Assembly (NCBI GenBank): GCA_026397405.1
Contig: JAPLUW010000001.1
Location: forward strand, 171,138 to 235,137
DNA length: 64,000 bases
Direction: 5' to 3'
Source of the DNA: Candidatus Adlerbacteria bacterium
Lineage (GTDB): Bacteria; Patescibacteriota; Minisyncoccia; Phycocordibacterales; SBAW01
This document shows positions 8,810-18,068 of this stretch, piece by piece. Made by a program: the position numbers and the translations under genes. The first letter of the stretch is position 1. The number at the start of each line of letters is the position of its first letter. The notes below the pieces were generated by a model. The model saw only the letters and a program-made list of their open reading frames with translations, was not told where the DNA came from and ran no database searches.

Positions 8810-11065
8810 ATGGCGCGTAAAAATAGCAAACAATCAGCAAAAGAAAGTGCGAACCCATTGCGCACACTCCCGGACGAAACAAAGCGCGCTATCATAGCTG
8901 TCTTCCTTGTGGTGGTTGGGATCATCTTTACGCTTGCCTACTTTGGTGCAGCGGGAAACGGAGGCTCAGACGTCTACAGACTTTTTAACTATCTCCTTGG
9001 TGTTGGCTACTTCCTCGTACCGGTACTTTTTTTTATCCTCGCATGGAGCGCATTGCGAGAGGAGTCTACTGGCTTCAACCCGTTCAAGTTGCTCGCGAGT
9101 GCTATTTTTATTTTTGCAGGACTTGGGTTTGTCGACATTGTGTCGGGAAGAGGCGGCCTTGTGGGAGACGCTATTGCGCACCCGGCGGTCAACTTTTTTG
9201 ACATCTACGCAGCACTTATTTTGCTCGGTGGGTTGTCACTTATTTCGCTTCTTATACTACTCGAAGGAAAAATCTCAACGGCGCCGTTTATTTTCCTCGG
9301 GCAGTCATTCGCAGCGCTGGGCAGAAAAATAATGGCGCTCATTTTTAAACCAAAAGAAGTAGGAGACCTTTCCATTGAAGAACTACCCGAAGGTGATGAA
9401 GAAGATGGACTCGCGCCCACCTACGCACGTGTCGATGAAGAAGAGGACGAACCTGCGCGCACGCCAACACCTGCCCGCGCTGCGATTGCCACAGGACCCT
9501 CAGCAAAAGACCTTCAAGCAAAAAGTGCCGCTGCCAATTTAAAGAGCTTGCTTGGGGAATATACTCCCCCACCGCTCTCACTATTGGAACGTGACAAAGG
9601 CCGCCCCGGTGTTGGCGACATCAAAGCAAATGCAAATATCATTAAACGTACACTTGCGAACTTTGGCATTGTTGTCGAACTCGACGAAATCTCTATAGGT
9701 CCGTCCGTTACCCGTTACGCTATTAAACCCGCCGAAGGCGTTCGCCTCCAAAAGATTCTCTCGCTTCAAACCAACTTGGAGCTTGCACTGGCCGCCCACC
9801 CGGTACGTATCGAGGCACCAATTCCGGGCAAGTCACTTGTGGGTATCGAAGTCCCGAACTCGGCAAAAGTTACCGTGGGGTTGGGTACCCTGCTTGAAGC
9901 AAAAGAGTTTGCCGATTCACCTAAGCCCCTCTTGGTAGCTCTTGGCCGCGACATTGTTGGCAACTCACATTTTGGCAACATCGCTAAAATGCCGCATATG
10001 CTTATTGCTGGCGCAACCGGGTCGGGTAAGTCGGTAACAATACACGCGATTATCACCTCGCTGCTCTACCGTGCCGGCCCCCAACAACTACGGTTTTTGA
10101 TGATAGACCCTAAGCGTGTCGAGTTGACGCTATACAACAAAATCCCCCATCTCCTGTCGCCTGTTATCACCGACCCTAAAAAAGCTATCATGGCACTCCG
10201 CTGGGCAGGACGGGAAATGGAAAGGCGTTACAACATTTTGGAAGAACACCGCGTCCGCGATATCGACTCCTACCATCAAAATGTGCTTACCCCTGCACTT
10301 GAACGCATTAGGAAAGAGGGCGAACCTGAAGAGGGCGAACCTGTGCCCGAAGCCATGCCCTACATTGTGGTTGTCATAGACGAACTTGCCGACATTATGC
10401 AAACCTTCCCCCGCGAGTTGGAGGCCGCTATTGTCCGCCTAGCACAGATGAGCCGTGCCGTTGGTATCCACTTGTTACTTTCAACCCAACGCCCCTCTGT
10501 AAACGTTATTACCGGCCTTATCAAAGCAAACGTCCCGTCACGTTTGGCTCTACAAGTTGCATCACAAATAGACTCCCGCACCATTTTGGACCAAGGCGGA
10601 GCCGAAAAACTGCTCGGCGCGGGCGACATGTTGTACTTGGGCGGCGACATGGGTAAACCGGTGCGCTTGCAGAGCGCATTTATAGGCGAGGGGGAGGTTA
10701 AAAAGGTGACCGACTTTATCGCAAAAAATAACGATGTAGAAATTCCTATCGACATCGCAGCCCCTGCCCCTGGCGTAACGAGCATTTCATTAAACGACAG
10801 CGGGGGCACTGGTGGTGGGTTAGACGAAGAAGTTGACGACGACATGTACGAGGCGGCACATGCAGCCGTGCTTGAAGCCGGTAAAGCGTCTACATCGTAT
10901 ATCCAGCGCAAACTCCGTGTCGGATACGCACGCGCAGCCCGCTTGGTCGACATGCTTGAAGAGCGCGGAGTTATAGGACCCGGCGACGGTGCAAAACCCC
11001 GCGAAGTGCTTGGCCGTGCCCCTGTAGCTGGCGGCGAGCCGCATGATATGAGCGAGGAGGTATGA
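8810..11065 (+). CDS. ftsK: DNA translocase FtsK/SpoIIIE
   Basis: 751 aa; N-terminal TM segments, Walker A LIAGATGSGKSV, C-terminal gamma wHTH (STSYIQRKLRVGYARAARLVDMLEERGVIGP). Confidence 0.9.
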   Translation: MARKNSKQSAKESANPLRTLPDETKRAIIAVFLVVVGIIFTLAYFGAAGNGGSDVYRLFNYLLGVGYFLVPVLFFILAWSALREESTGFNPFKLLASAIFIFAGLGFVDIVSGRGGLVGDAIAHPAVNFFDIYAALILLGGLSLISLLILLEGKISTAPFIFLGQSFAALGRKIMALIFKPKEVGDLSIEELPEGDEEDGLAPTYARVDEEEDEPARTPTPARAAIATGPSAKDLQAKSAAANLKSLLGEYTPPPLSLLERDKGRPGVGDIKANANIIKRTLANFGIVVELDEISIGPSVTRYAIKPAEGVRLQKILSLQTNLELALAAHPVRIEAPIPGKSLVGIEVPNSAKVTVGLGTLLEAKEFADSPKPLLVALGRDIVGNSHFGNIAKMPHMLIAGATGSGKSVTIHAIITSLLYRAGPQQLRFLMIDPKRVELTLYNKIPHLLSPVITDPKKAIMALRWAGREMERRYNILEEHRVRDIDSYHQNVLTPALERIRKEGEPEEGEPVPEAMPYIVVVIDELADIMQTFPRELEAAIVRLAQMSRAVGIHLLLSTQRPSVNVITGLIKANVPSRLALQVASQIDSRTILDQGGAEKLLGAGDMLYLGGDMGKPVRLQSAFIGEGEVKKVTDFIAKNNDVEIPIDIAAPAPGVTSISLNDSGGTGGGLDEEVDDDMYEAAHAAVLEAGKASTSYIQRKLRVGYARAARLVDMLEERGVIGPGDGAKPREVLGRAPVAGGEPHDMSEEV

Positions 11066-11433
11066 GCCCCGCCCCTTCTGCCAGGCGGACATTTGTTTTT
11101 TCCATAACGGTCGCGTGCGTCGTCCTGCTCGTAGGCTACGGTCTGTTTGAAGCTCGCAGGCTTATCGAAGGCCCGCGCATCGTACTAGTGTCGCCCAAGG
11201 ACGGCAGCGCGACCTCTTCCAGTGCTGTTATTATTTCAGGAACAGCGGAAAATATCTCGTTTTTGACCATAAACGACAAACCTGCGTTTACCGACGAGGA
11301 CGGCCATTTTACGCTCACATTGTCTCCGCCTGCAGGGTATACTGTATTTACCGCCCGCGGCGTGGACCGCTTTGGCCGACGCACGTCGCGGATAGTTTCA
11401 ATAAATGTGCTGAACTATTGCCCTCTTGCGTAA
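11062..11433 (+). CDS. Hypothetical membrane-anchored protein (4-nt overlap with ftsK)
   Basis: 123 aa; N-terminal TM helix FVFSITVACVVLLVGYGLF; translationally coupled to ftsK. Confidence 0.4.
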   Translation: MSPAPSARRTFVFSITVACVVLLVGYGLFEARRLIEGPRIVLVSPKDGSATSSSAVIISGTAENISFLTINDKPAFTDEDGHFTLTLSPPAGYTVFTARGVDRFGRRTSRIVSINVLNYCPLA

Positions 11434-11457
11434 CTTTATTCATTCACTTCCCCATCT

Positions 11458-12528
11458 ATGGCACCAAAAGCAAAAGAGAAAGAAAAAAAGACACCCGCAG
11501 AAGGAGGTCGCGACACCAGCGCCATTGATGCGGCAATACGTGAAATAAAAACTAAATTCGGCGAAGAGTCGATAATGAAGTTGGGCGAGACGGCAAAAGT
11601 AAACATCGACGCAATCCCCTCGGGCTCTATTGGCCTCGACTGGGCACTTGGCATTGGCGGGTACCCGCGTGGACGCATACTCGAAATTTTTGGCCCAGAA
11701 AGTTCCGGAAAGACTACTCTTACCCTGCACGCCATTGCTGAAGCGCAGAAAAAAGGCGGCATCTGCGCGTTTATAGACGCCGAACATGCGCTCGACCCGG
11801 AGTATGCAAAAAAAATCGGTGTAAAACTTGATGAGTTGCTTGTCTCGCAGCCAGACACAGGTGAGCAAGCGCTCGAGATTGTCGAAAGCCTTGTACGTTC
11901 AGGCAAAATCGACATTGTTGTTATCGACTCTGTTGCCGCACTTACACCAAAAGACGAAATCGAAGGAGACATGGGCGCGTTCCATGTGGGTAAACAGGCA
12001 CGCCTCATGAGCCAAGCGCTACGTAAGCTGACCGCCATTACCGCAAAGTCAAAAACGATTGTTATCTTTATTAACCAAATCCGTATGCAGATAGGCATGA
12101 TGTTTGGCAACCCAGAGACTACCCCGGGAGGTAAAGCATTAAAGTTTTATACATCGGTGCGTTTGGACATCCGCCGCATTGCGCAGATTAAAAAAGGCGA
12201 AGAAGTTGTCGGTGGCCGCCACCGCGTAAAAGTGGTTAAAAATAAAATTGCAGCACCGTTCCGCAAAGTGGAGTTCGATCTACTCTATAACGAAGGTATT
12301 TCCCGCGAGGGCGAGTTGTTGGCACTTGGCGAAAGTTTAGGAGTTGTCAGCAAAAGTGGCAGCTCGTACAGCTTTGGCGAAGAAAAGCTGGGCCGTGGCT
12401 ACGACGCGTCGCGAACCTTCCTGCGTGAAAACAAACCGATAGCGAATACCCTACTGAAACAGATCCGTACCGCGCTTGAAACAAACGCGCCTGCCAAAAG
12501 CGCAGGCGGTGGAGACTCGGACGAATAA
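11458..12528 (+). CDS. recA: Recombinase RecA
   Basis: 356 aa; [36 protein letters not shown] Walker A / L1-L2 region typical of RecA. Confidence 0.95.
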   Translation: MAPKAKEKEKKTPAEGGRDTSAIDAAIREIKTKFGEESIMKLGETAKVNIDAIPSGSIGLDWALGIGGYPRGRILEIFGPESSGKTTLTLHAIAEAQKKGGICAFIDAEHALDPEYAKKIGVKLDELLVSQPDTGEQALEIVESLVRSGKIDIVVIDSVAALTPKDEIEGDMGAFHVGKQARLMSQALRKLTAITAKSKTIVIFINQIRMQIGMMFGNPETTPGGKALKFYTSVRLDIRRIAQIKKGEEVVGGRHRVKVVKNKIAAPFRKVEFDLLYNEGISREGELLALGESLGVVSKSGSSYSFGEEKLGRGYDASRTFLRENKPIANTLLKQIRTALETNAPAKSAGGGDSDE

Positions 12529-12531
12529 TAT

Positions 12532-12568
12532 AAAAAGAAAAACCTCCAGCGCCCGAAGGCACTGGAGG
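12532..12568 (-). terminator. Intrinsic terminator of high-GC cassette A (also serves recA on the other strand)
   Basis: Perfect hairpin cctccag-cgcccgaaggca-ctggagg (12543..12568) followed on the minus strand by T-tract (plus-strand aaaaagaaaaa 12532..12542). Confidence 0.6.
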
Positions 12569-12593
12569 TGATTGTGGCCATGAAGCCGAGAGA

Positions 12594-13025
12594 CTACTTG
12601 TCGGCCATCGCGCCCTTGTTGGCATAGGCCCGCTCGAGCATCGCTGCCAGGCCACGAGGAACCTTGGGCTCGGCGCCGTCGGTGACGTCGTAGGCCGCCG
12701 CGAAGTCGACGTAGGACTGGCGCTTCGCCTTGCTGAGCTGATCACGGCTGCTGTAGAGCGACAGATAGGCCGCGTCGACCTTGTGGAAGACACGCAACTT
12801 GTCATCGCCGATGGTCACGAGGCGCGTCTGCGCAGTGGCCAGGTCGGCATGGCCGTCGAGCAGGTGCGCGAACCGTTCCTTGCCGATCAGGCCCTTCTTG
12901 GCCATCAGCATGTCGATGGCAGCACAGATCGAGTCGGCGACGGAAACCGGTGGAAGGCTTTTCACGAGCCGATCTTCGTACGTCGCGCTCTTCTGCGGCT
13001 GACCAGTCATGGGCTTGTCGGTCAT
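12594..13025 (-). CDS. Hypothetical cytoplasmic protein encoded by compositionally foreign (high-GC, GC3-rich) cassette A
   Basis: 143 aa ORF MTDKPMTGQPQKSATYEDRLVKSLPPVSVADSICAAIDMLMAKKGLIGKERFAHLLDGHADL...; codon usage (GCC/CTC/GAG/CGC/ATC) unlike neighbours; RBS GGAAGGA upstream. Confidence 0.6.
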   Translation of the reverse strand: MTDKPMTGQPQKSATYEDRLVKSLPPVSVADSICAAIDMLMAKKGLIGKERFAHLLDGHADLATAQTRLVTIGDDKLRVFHKVDAAYLSLYSSRDQLSKAKRQSYVDFAAAYDVTDGAEPKVPRGLAAMLERAYANKGAMADK

Positions 13026-13044
13026 TTGTCTTCCTTCGTTGTGT

Positions 13045-13120
13045 GCGGGGACATCCCCGCGACTCGTTACGTCCGGATATGGACAAGAAGCAATATAAAT
13101 TACTAGTTAAAAGAAGTCAA
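13045..13120 (-). promoter_or_regulatory. Near-consensus sigma70-type promoter plus 5'-UTR palindrome driving cassette A
   Basis: Minus strand: -35 TTGACT (13120..13115), 17-nt spacer, -10 TATATT (13097..13092); 7-bp-armed palindrome GCGGGGA-ca-TCCCCGC at 13045..13060 between -10 and RBS. Confidence 0.45.
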
Positions 13121-13132
13121 GCCCCTACCCTT

Positions 13133-13462
13133 TTAGGCAGCAAAGGTGTTTTTTGGAGAATTTGCGCGCGACATATCAACACCCATAGCAACAAGTGCGC
13201 AGGCACCCACCAACAGTGCCAACTGGACTATAAGTTTGGTTCCAAGCACTGCAGAGATAATGAAAGCCTCAATACTCCCTACCCCACCGCTTGCAACGTT
13301 AGACAAGTTTGCAGCAACATGTGGCAGCGAGACAAAAAATACTGTCCCTACAAACGAAAGCACGAGCGCGTAACACTCCAGCGCAAAACGGCTTGTGAGC
13401 CTACGTGCGGTGTAGACAACCGCAACACTCGCCATTACCTGTTGTTCAATTTTACTCTTCAT
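13133..13462 (-). CDS. Small membrane protein, putative anti-sigma factor cognate to the upstream ECF sigma
   Basis: Start chosen at MKSKIEQQVMASVAVVYTARRL (ORF-track ORF 13133..13558 extends further); two predicted TM helices; position immediately downstream of ECF sigma gene. Confidence 0.4.
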   Translation of the reverse strand: MKSKIEQQVMASVAVVYTARRLTSRFALECYALVLSFVGTVFFVSLPHVAANLSNVASGGVGSIEAFIISAVLGTKLIVQLALLVGACALVAMGVDMSRANSPKNTFAA

Positions 13463-13475
13463 ATATATATACAAA

Positions 13476-14087
13476 CTATATCTTAGTGCTAATAGTTTCG
13501 TAGATCTTTTTAAACTCCTTTTTTGCACGATGGACGCGGGTTTTAATTGCCCCAACACTCACACCCTCTTCCCCCGCCATTTCTTCCTGCGACTTCCCTT
13601 CTATAAAAAAGGCATTCAATGCGCGGGCAAAAACTTCGGGCATGCGCGAGAGTACCGACGCCACCTCGTCCATAAATTCTTTTTTCTCAAATTGGCGGAG
13701 GTTTTTGTCGGGGATAAGTGCCCAGATTTCTTCATCTAACTCTACCTGTCTGCCACCCTGCTTTTTTTGTTTTTGGTAATGGGTCAGCGCAGTGTTTATA
13801 ACAATACGGTAGGCCCAGGACGAAAATGACGCGCCGTCTTGTTTTTTAAATTTCTGCGCGTTTATATAAATCTTGGTGAAGGCTTCTTGCACGACATCTT
13901 CTGCCTCTTCCTGTACGCGGACAATGTTCACCGCTTTGCGCATAAACGCTTCTTCGTACTTGCGCACAAGCAGTGCAAAAAGCGCGGGATGTGTGACAGA
14001 CGCAGCAAGTAACTCCTCGTCAGAGTAGTCTTTTCCCTCTTCTTCCAGCGAGAGATATCCTTCGTTCATGACTACACTGTATATCAT
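13476..14087 (-). CDS. ECF-type RNA polymerase sigma factor (sigma-70 family, group 4)
   Basis: 203 aa; region 2 (ALFALLVRKYEEAFMRKAVNIVRVQEEAEDVVQEAFTKIY) and region 4 HTH (GKSQEEMAGEEGVSVGAIKTRVHRAKKEF). Confidence 0.8.
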   Translation of the reverse strand: MIYSVVMNEGYLSLEEEGKDYSDEELLAASVTHPALFALLVRKYEEAFMRKAVNIVRVQEEAEDVVQEAFTKIYINAQKFKKQDGASFSSWAYRIVINTALTHYQKQKKQGGRQVELDEEIWALIPDKNLRQFEKKEFMDEVASVLSRMPEVFARALNAFFIEGKSQEEMAGEEGVSVGAIKTRVHRAKKEFKKIYETISTKI

Positions 14088-14170
14088 GGTGCCCTGTTTA
14101 CAACCACACAGAGCCCAAAAAGTTTCGCTCTAGAGCTCGACAAAGTGGCCTTTTTAAGTAGAATGCGTGG

Positions 14171-14746
14171 ATGGCAATGCTTGAATATAACGAGATTTTA
14201 AATAAAAAAGTAATTCTGCTCGACGGCGCTCCGTACGAAGTGTTGGACGCGCACGTCTTCCGCAAACAGCAGCGCAAGCCAGTTAACCAGACAAAACTCC
14301 GCCACCTTATTACCGGCAAAGTGACCGAACACGCCTTCCATGTATCGGAAAAAGCTGAAGAGGCCGACCTGTCTTTAAAGAGCGTAAAGTATCTCTACGC
14401 TGCAAAAGGCGAATACTGGTTCTGTGCCGAAAACAATCCCGCAGACCGCTTTACACTTTCGGCAGACACGGTTGGCACCGGTGCGCAATTTATGAAGACA
14501 AATTCTGTCATAGACGCGGTTGTCTTTGACGAGAAAATAATTTCTGTCCGTATCCCAATTAAAGTCGAACTTGTTGTGAAAGAAGCGCCACCCGCTGTGC
14601 GTGGCAACACATCACAAGGCGGCAACAAAATAATTACCCTCGAAACCGGCGCCACAGTAAACGCCCCTCTGTTTATAAACGAAGGAGATGTAGTGCTTAT
14701 AAACACCGAAGTTGGTAACTACGTCGAACGAGTCGATAAGAAATAA
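14171..14746 (+). CDS. efp: Translation elongation factor P
   Basis: 191 aa; three-domain EF-P pattern (LEYNEI..KPVNQTKLRHLITGKV..., KIITLETGATVNAPLFINEGDVVLINT). Confidence 0.9.
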   Translation: MAMLEYNEILNKKVILLDGAPYEVLDAHVFRKQQRKPVNQTKLRHLITGKVTEHAFHVSEKAEEADLSLKSVKYLYAAKGEYWFCAENNPADRFTLSADTVGTGAQFMKTNSVIDAVVFDEKIISVRIPIKVELVVKEAPPAVRGNTSQGGNKIITLETGATVNAPLFINEGDVVLINTEVGNYVERVDKK

Positions 14747-14750
14747 AAAA

Positions 14751-14773
14751 GCCCCCGACTCGGGGGCTTTTTT
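14751..14773 (+). terminator. Rho-independent terminator after efp
   Basis: gcccccg-act-cgggggc followed by TTTTTT. Confidence 0.7.
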
Positions 14774-14790
14774 ATTTTAATGCTGTGAAT

Positions 14791-14994
14791 TTAGCGAACA
14801 ATAAACGGCAGGAGTGCCATAAAGCGAGCGCGCTTAACAGCTTCGGCCAGGGCGCGCTGGTTTGCAGCCGAAAGGCCGGTGCGGCGGCGCGGCATAATTT
14901 TACCGTGCGGGTTTAAAAACTTCTTGAGCATCTCGACGTCTTTGTAGTCGATACGCTGGAAGTGCGCTACATAATTATCTGTTTTATTTGGCAT
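14791..14994 (-). CDS. rpsR: 30S ribosomal protein S18
   Basis: 67 aa; [54 protein letters not shown] is the S18 signature region. Confidence 0.9.
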   Translation of the reverse strand: MPNKTDNYVAHFQRIDYKDVEMLKKFLNPHGKIMPRRRTGLSAANQRALAEAVKRARFMALLPFIVR

Positions 14995-15020
14995 AAAGGT
15001 TAGTTAATTGCTTGTGATGG

Positions 15021-15473
15021 CTAGAATGGGATGTCGTCTGGGTTAATGTCTTCCTGGGGGTAGTCTATCGCGTCGTCTTTAGGGGCTGGCTGCTCTTCTC
15101 CCCCACGGCTTGCACCTGCGCTTGTCGAAGGAGATCCTCCCCCTCCAGGCCCTGAGGTGCGCGAGCCGAACTGGACACGCTCGGCAACTACTTCTGTCCG
15201 GTACTGCTTACCTTTTTCTGGAGTCTCCCAGCTGCGGGTCTGCATACGGCCGTCGATAAGTGCTGAAGAACCTTTTTTCAAATACTGCGCCGACGTTTCT
15301 GCTTGGCGACCAAACACCACAACGTTGTGATACTCTGGCACGTCTTCCCACGTTTCGCCTTTTTTAACGCGGCGGTTTGTTGCAACACTAAACGTTGCAA
15401 CCTGCCCACCACTTGGGAGTGTTTTCAACTCCGGGTCGCGGGTCAAGTTTCCGTACAGAATGACTTTATTCAT
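15021..15473 (-). CDS. ssb: Single-stranded DNA-binding protein
   Basis: 150 aa; OB-fold N-terminus MNKVILYGNLTRDPELK, G/S-rich linker, acidic C-terminal tail ending DDIPF. Confidence 0.9.
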   Translation of the reverse strand: MNKVILYGNLTRDPELKTLPSGGQVATFSVATNRRVKKGETWEDVPEYHNVVVFGRQAETSAQYLKKGSSALIDGRMQTRSWETPEKGKQYRTEVVAERVQFGSRTSGPGGGGSPSTSAGASRGGEEQPAPKDDAIDYPQEDINPDDIPF

Positions 15474-15492
15474 ACACCTAGTATATCGCGTT

Positions 15493-16008
15493 TTACGACA
15501 CCAGCGCGTCCAGAGACTTGTCGATTTCCTCCTGCGAGATTTCTGCAGGTTTTTCTACTGGAGCGTCTTCAACAGGCTTTTTGATTGTCTCCCCTTCCAA
15601 ACGGTCAGAAGCAAAGACTGCGCGGCGTGGAGCTGCCTGAATGTCCTCGCGGACAGTTTCGATAACCAAGTAACGGAGAACATTTTTGTTTGCACGGAGT
15701 GCCTCCTGCAGTGCAGGAAGTGCCTCACGGCCAAGAGCAAATTTGATAAAACCAAAATATGCTTCTGTGCTCTTTTCGCGTTTACCTGTTTCCGAGCGGA
15801 CAATTGTGTACGCAAGGGTCATCTTCTGCGGGAACTCTTCACTAATAATTTCAGCGTCGCCAAGAGCTGACTTAATTTCGGCCACAACCGAAGCAACGCC
15901 ATCATCACCCACTGTTGGGGCAACATGAAAGCCGACCTCATATACGGGGCGGCTTTCGGAGACATTCGCTTGGGTTAAGACCTCGGCGGTCTGCGATTTT
16001 TCTACCAT
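15493..16008 (-). CDS. rpsF: 30S ribosomal protein S6 (with acidic C-terminal extension)
   Basis: Start placed at MVEKSQTAEV (ORF-track ORF 15493..16026 starts at an upstream Met); RPVYEVGFHVAPT matches S6 N-terminal core; rpsF-ssb-rpsR is the canonical order. Confidence 0.75.
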   Translation of the reverse strand: MVEKSQTAEVLTQANVSESRPVYEVGFHVAPTVGDDGVASVVAEIKSALGDAEIISEEFPQKMTLAYTIVRSETGKREKSTEAYFGFIKFALGREALPALQEALRANKNVLRYLVIETVREDIQAAPRRAVFASDRLEGETIKKPVEDAPVEKPAEISQEEIDKSLDALVS

Positions 16009-16040
16009 GCAAGGAGCGTACCACAAAGATGCAATTTTGC

Positions 16041-16080
16041 AACCAGAAAGCAGAAAGGCGAATCATTTGAGTGATTCGCC
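16041..16080 (-). terminator. Intrinsic terminator of high-GC cassette B
   Basis: Perfect 9-bp hairpin ggcgaatca-tttgag-tgattcgcc (16057..16080) followed on minus strand by T-rich run (plus aaccagaaagcagaaa). Confidence 0.55.
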
Positions 16081-16116
16081 TGGGCGTTTTAAGGAAACGC
16101 TCCTAAACCTTAACTT

Positions 16117-16347
16117 TTACCAGCCGAACTTGCGTTCGAACCAGTCGCTGGTGATCTCCCAGATCCAGGCCCCGAGAGCGAGGGGTCCCATAATGGCGAC
16201 CAGGACGGACACCGTCCGCAGCCACACATTACAGAAGATTGTGCTGCGCTGCATGCAATAGTCCTGCCAGTGGATCATACCGCCGAGGCCGAAGCCAAAG
16301 GCAATCATACCGACAAGGCCGATGACGAGAAACAAAATCGCGCGCAT
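16117..16347 (-). CDS. Small two-TM membrane protein encoded by high-GC cassette B
   Basis: 76 aa MRAILFLVIGLVGMIAFGFGLGGMIHWQDYCMQRSTIFCNVWLRTVSVLVAIMGPLALGAWIWEITSDWFERKFGW; GC visibly higher than neighbours; RBS GGAGAA. Confidence 0.5.
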   Translation of the reverse strand: MRAILFLVIGLVGMIAFGFGLGGMIHWQDYCMQRSTIFCNVWLRTVSVLVAIMGPLALGAWIWEITSDWFERKFGW

Positions 16348-16369
16348 AACATTTCTCCGTGTTGGCGAT

Positions 16370-16454
16370 ACTAGGCGGAATTGCCTAGTGTCGCAGGGAA
16401 ATCAACGTACGTGAACTCTGTATATATCATACTACTATCTTTATATTTTGTCAA
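16370..16454 (-). promoter_or_regulatory. Near-consensus sigma70-type promoter plus 5'-UTR palindrome driving cassette B
   Basis: Minus strand: -35 TTGACA (16454..16449), 17-nt spacer, -10 TATGAT (16431..16426); palindrome ACTAGGC-ggaatt-GCCTAGT at 16370..16389 in the 5' UTR. Confidence 0.45.
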
Positions 16455-16517
16455 GGGGTACAAAACCCCGCAAAATAATGCTATTTTGGGCACCTATGCG
16501 GCCTTTTGTTTAAAACC

Positions 16518-17969
16518 TTAGTGGATTGGAGTCGAATAACCCATCTCTTCTTCCAGCTCTATCCCCGCCTCTTCGAGTGGTTTATGCATCGTTTTGCGTA
16601 ATGGGAGTTCGGGTAGGAACAATACGAGGAAAAACGCTGGCACGACAACTGCCGCGGCAATTAAAAACGTTGTTGGGAGTGCCGCGCTTAGTGCCATACC
16701 GCTTGCGAGCCGCGCGTTTACGAGGCCGCCAAAAAACGCTCCTCCAACCGACGCACCAATACTGCGGAACAGCTGCACCGACGCAGTCACCACGCCAAGT
16801 TTTTCCTGCCCAAAGGCGTTTTGCACCACGATGTTAAACACCGGCAGTGTGATACCAAGCCCCGCGCCCATAAATATCATCTTCAAAATTATTTCCATTT
16901 TTGTGCTGTCGGCACCCATGCGTGAAAACAAAAACAGACCCACAGCAACCATCACCACCCCGCACACGACCAGCACTTTGTATTTGCCCGTGCGCGAAAC
17001 AATCTGCCCCGACAGGGCGCTCATGACAACAATACCAAGCATCAGCGGCGTCAAAATAAGCCCCGCGTGCGTTGCGCTAAAGCCGGCCACTTGCTGGGCA
17101 AAGAGCGGCAAGTAAATAATCGAGCCAAACATTCCAATAGCGGTTAAAAACACCGAAGATACAGAGATTGAAAATGCACGGTTACGGAACAACGACAGCG
17201 GCAACACTGGGTCTTGTGCGCGTTCTTCCACAAAGATAAATGCAACAAACGCCGCGAGTGCTGCGGCAAACAGGCACTGTATCGTGAAGGAACCCCACGC
17301 GTACGTGCTGCCGCCCCACACAAGTGCCAACAAAAAAGGCACAAGTGTCGCACCAATTAAAAACGCACCGAGGAAGTCTATCGGATACTTTTTTTGCACA
17401 TGCTTAATGCGCGGCAGCGTTAGTGCAATGACCGCAAGCGCCAAAAGCCCGAGCGGGATGTTGATATAAAATATCCAACGCCACGAGTACGAGTCGGTTA
17501 TCCATCCGCCAAGGAGAGGCCCTGCAACGGAGGCAATACCAAACATGCCGCCGAGCAGGCCCATCCACTTGCCGCGCTCGGCCGGCGGGAAAAGGTCACC
17601 TACAATGGCAAACGAGTTGACCATAATCGCCCCGCCGCCAATACCCTGTATTGCGCGGAACGCGATCAACGCAAACATCGACGTTGCCATACCCGAAAGT
17701 ACGGAACCGACGAGGAAGATAACGATGCCAAAGATATAAAAAATGCGACGGCCGTAAATGTCGGAGAGTTTGCCGTACAGCGGCACGGTTACGGTCGAGG
17801 CCAGCATGTATGCGGTAAAGACCCACGACAAATGTTCCATGCCGTGCAGGTCGGCAACAATACGCGGCAGTGCAGTTGAGACAATAGTTTGGTCGAGGGC
17901 TGAAAGCAGCATGGCAAGCATCGCCCCGCACATAGCGGCGACTTTTGGGTTGCGTAAAAATGTTGGCAT
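16518..17969 (-). CDS. MFS transporter, DHA2 (EmrB/QacA-like 14-TMS drug:H+ antiporter) family
   Basis: Start placed at [21 protein letters not shown]; [10 protein letters not shown]...[28 protein letters not shown] motifs; ORF-track ORF extends to 18056. Confidence 0.8.
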   Translation of the reverse strand: MPTFLRNPKVAAMCGAMLAMLLSALDQTIVSTALPRIVADLHGMEHLSWVFTAYMLASTVTVPLYGKLSDIYGRRIFYIFGIVIFLVGSVLSGMATSMFALIAFRAIQGIGGGAIMVNSFAIVGDLFPPAERGKWMGLLGGMFGIASVAGPLLGGWITDSYSWRWIFYINIPLGLLALAVIALTLPRIKHVQKKYPIDFLGAFLIGATLVPFLLALVWGGSTYAWGSFTIQCLFAAALAAFVAFIFVEERAQDPVLPLSLFRNRAFSISVSSVFLTAIGMFGSIIYLPLFAQQVAGFSATHAGLILTPLMLGIVVMSALSGQIVSRTGKYKVLVVCGVVMVAVGLFLFSRMGADSTKMEIILKMIFMGAGLGITLPVFNIVVQNAFGQEKLGVVTASVQLFRSIGASVGGAFFGGLVNARLASGMALSAALPTTFLIAAAVVVPAFFLVLFLPELPLRKTMHKPLEEAGIELEEEMGYSTPIH

Positions 17970-18011
17970 CGCAGTAGTATACCAAATTGGCCTTTTTACT
18001 GCCTGTTTGGG

Positions 18012-18050
18012 CAAAAAGATACCCCGAGTGTTGGAGATACTCGGGGTATC
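18012..18050 (-). terminator. Strong intrinsic terminator of high-GC cassette C
   Basis: Perfect 12-bp hairpin gataccccgagt-gttggagat-actcggggtatc (18018..18050) followed on minus strand by TTTTT. Confidence 0.65.
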
Positions 18051-18068
18051 TTCCAACGCTCGGGGCGT

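Noticed and set aside
12347-13106. Overlapping ORFs 12347..12805 (-), 12783..13106 (+), 12802..13086 (-) around cassette A
   Set aside because: Alternative-frame artefacts of the high-GC segment; only 12594..13025 has an RBS, promoter and terminator in register.
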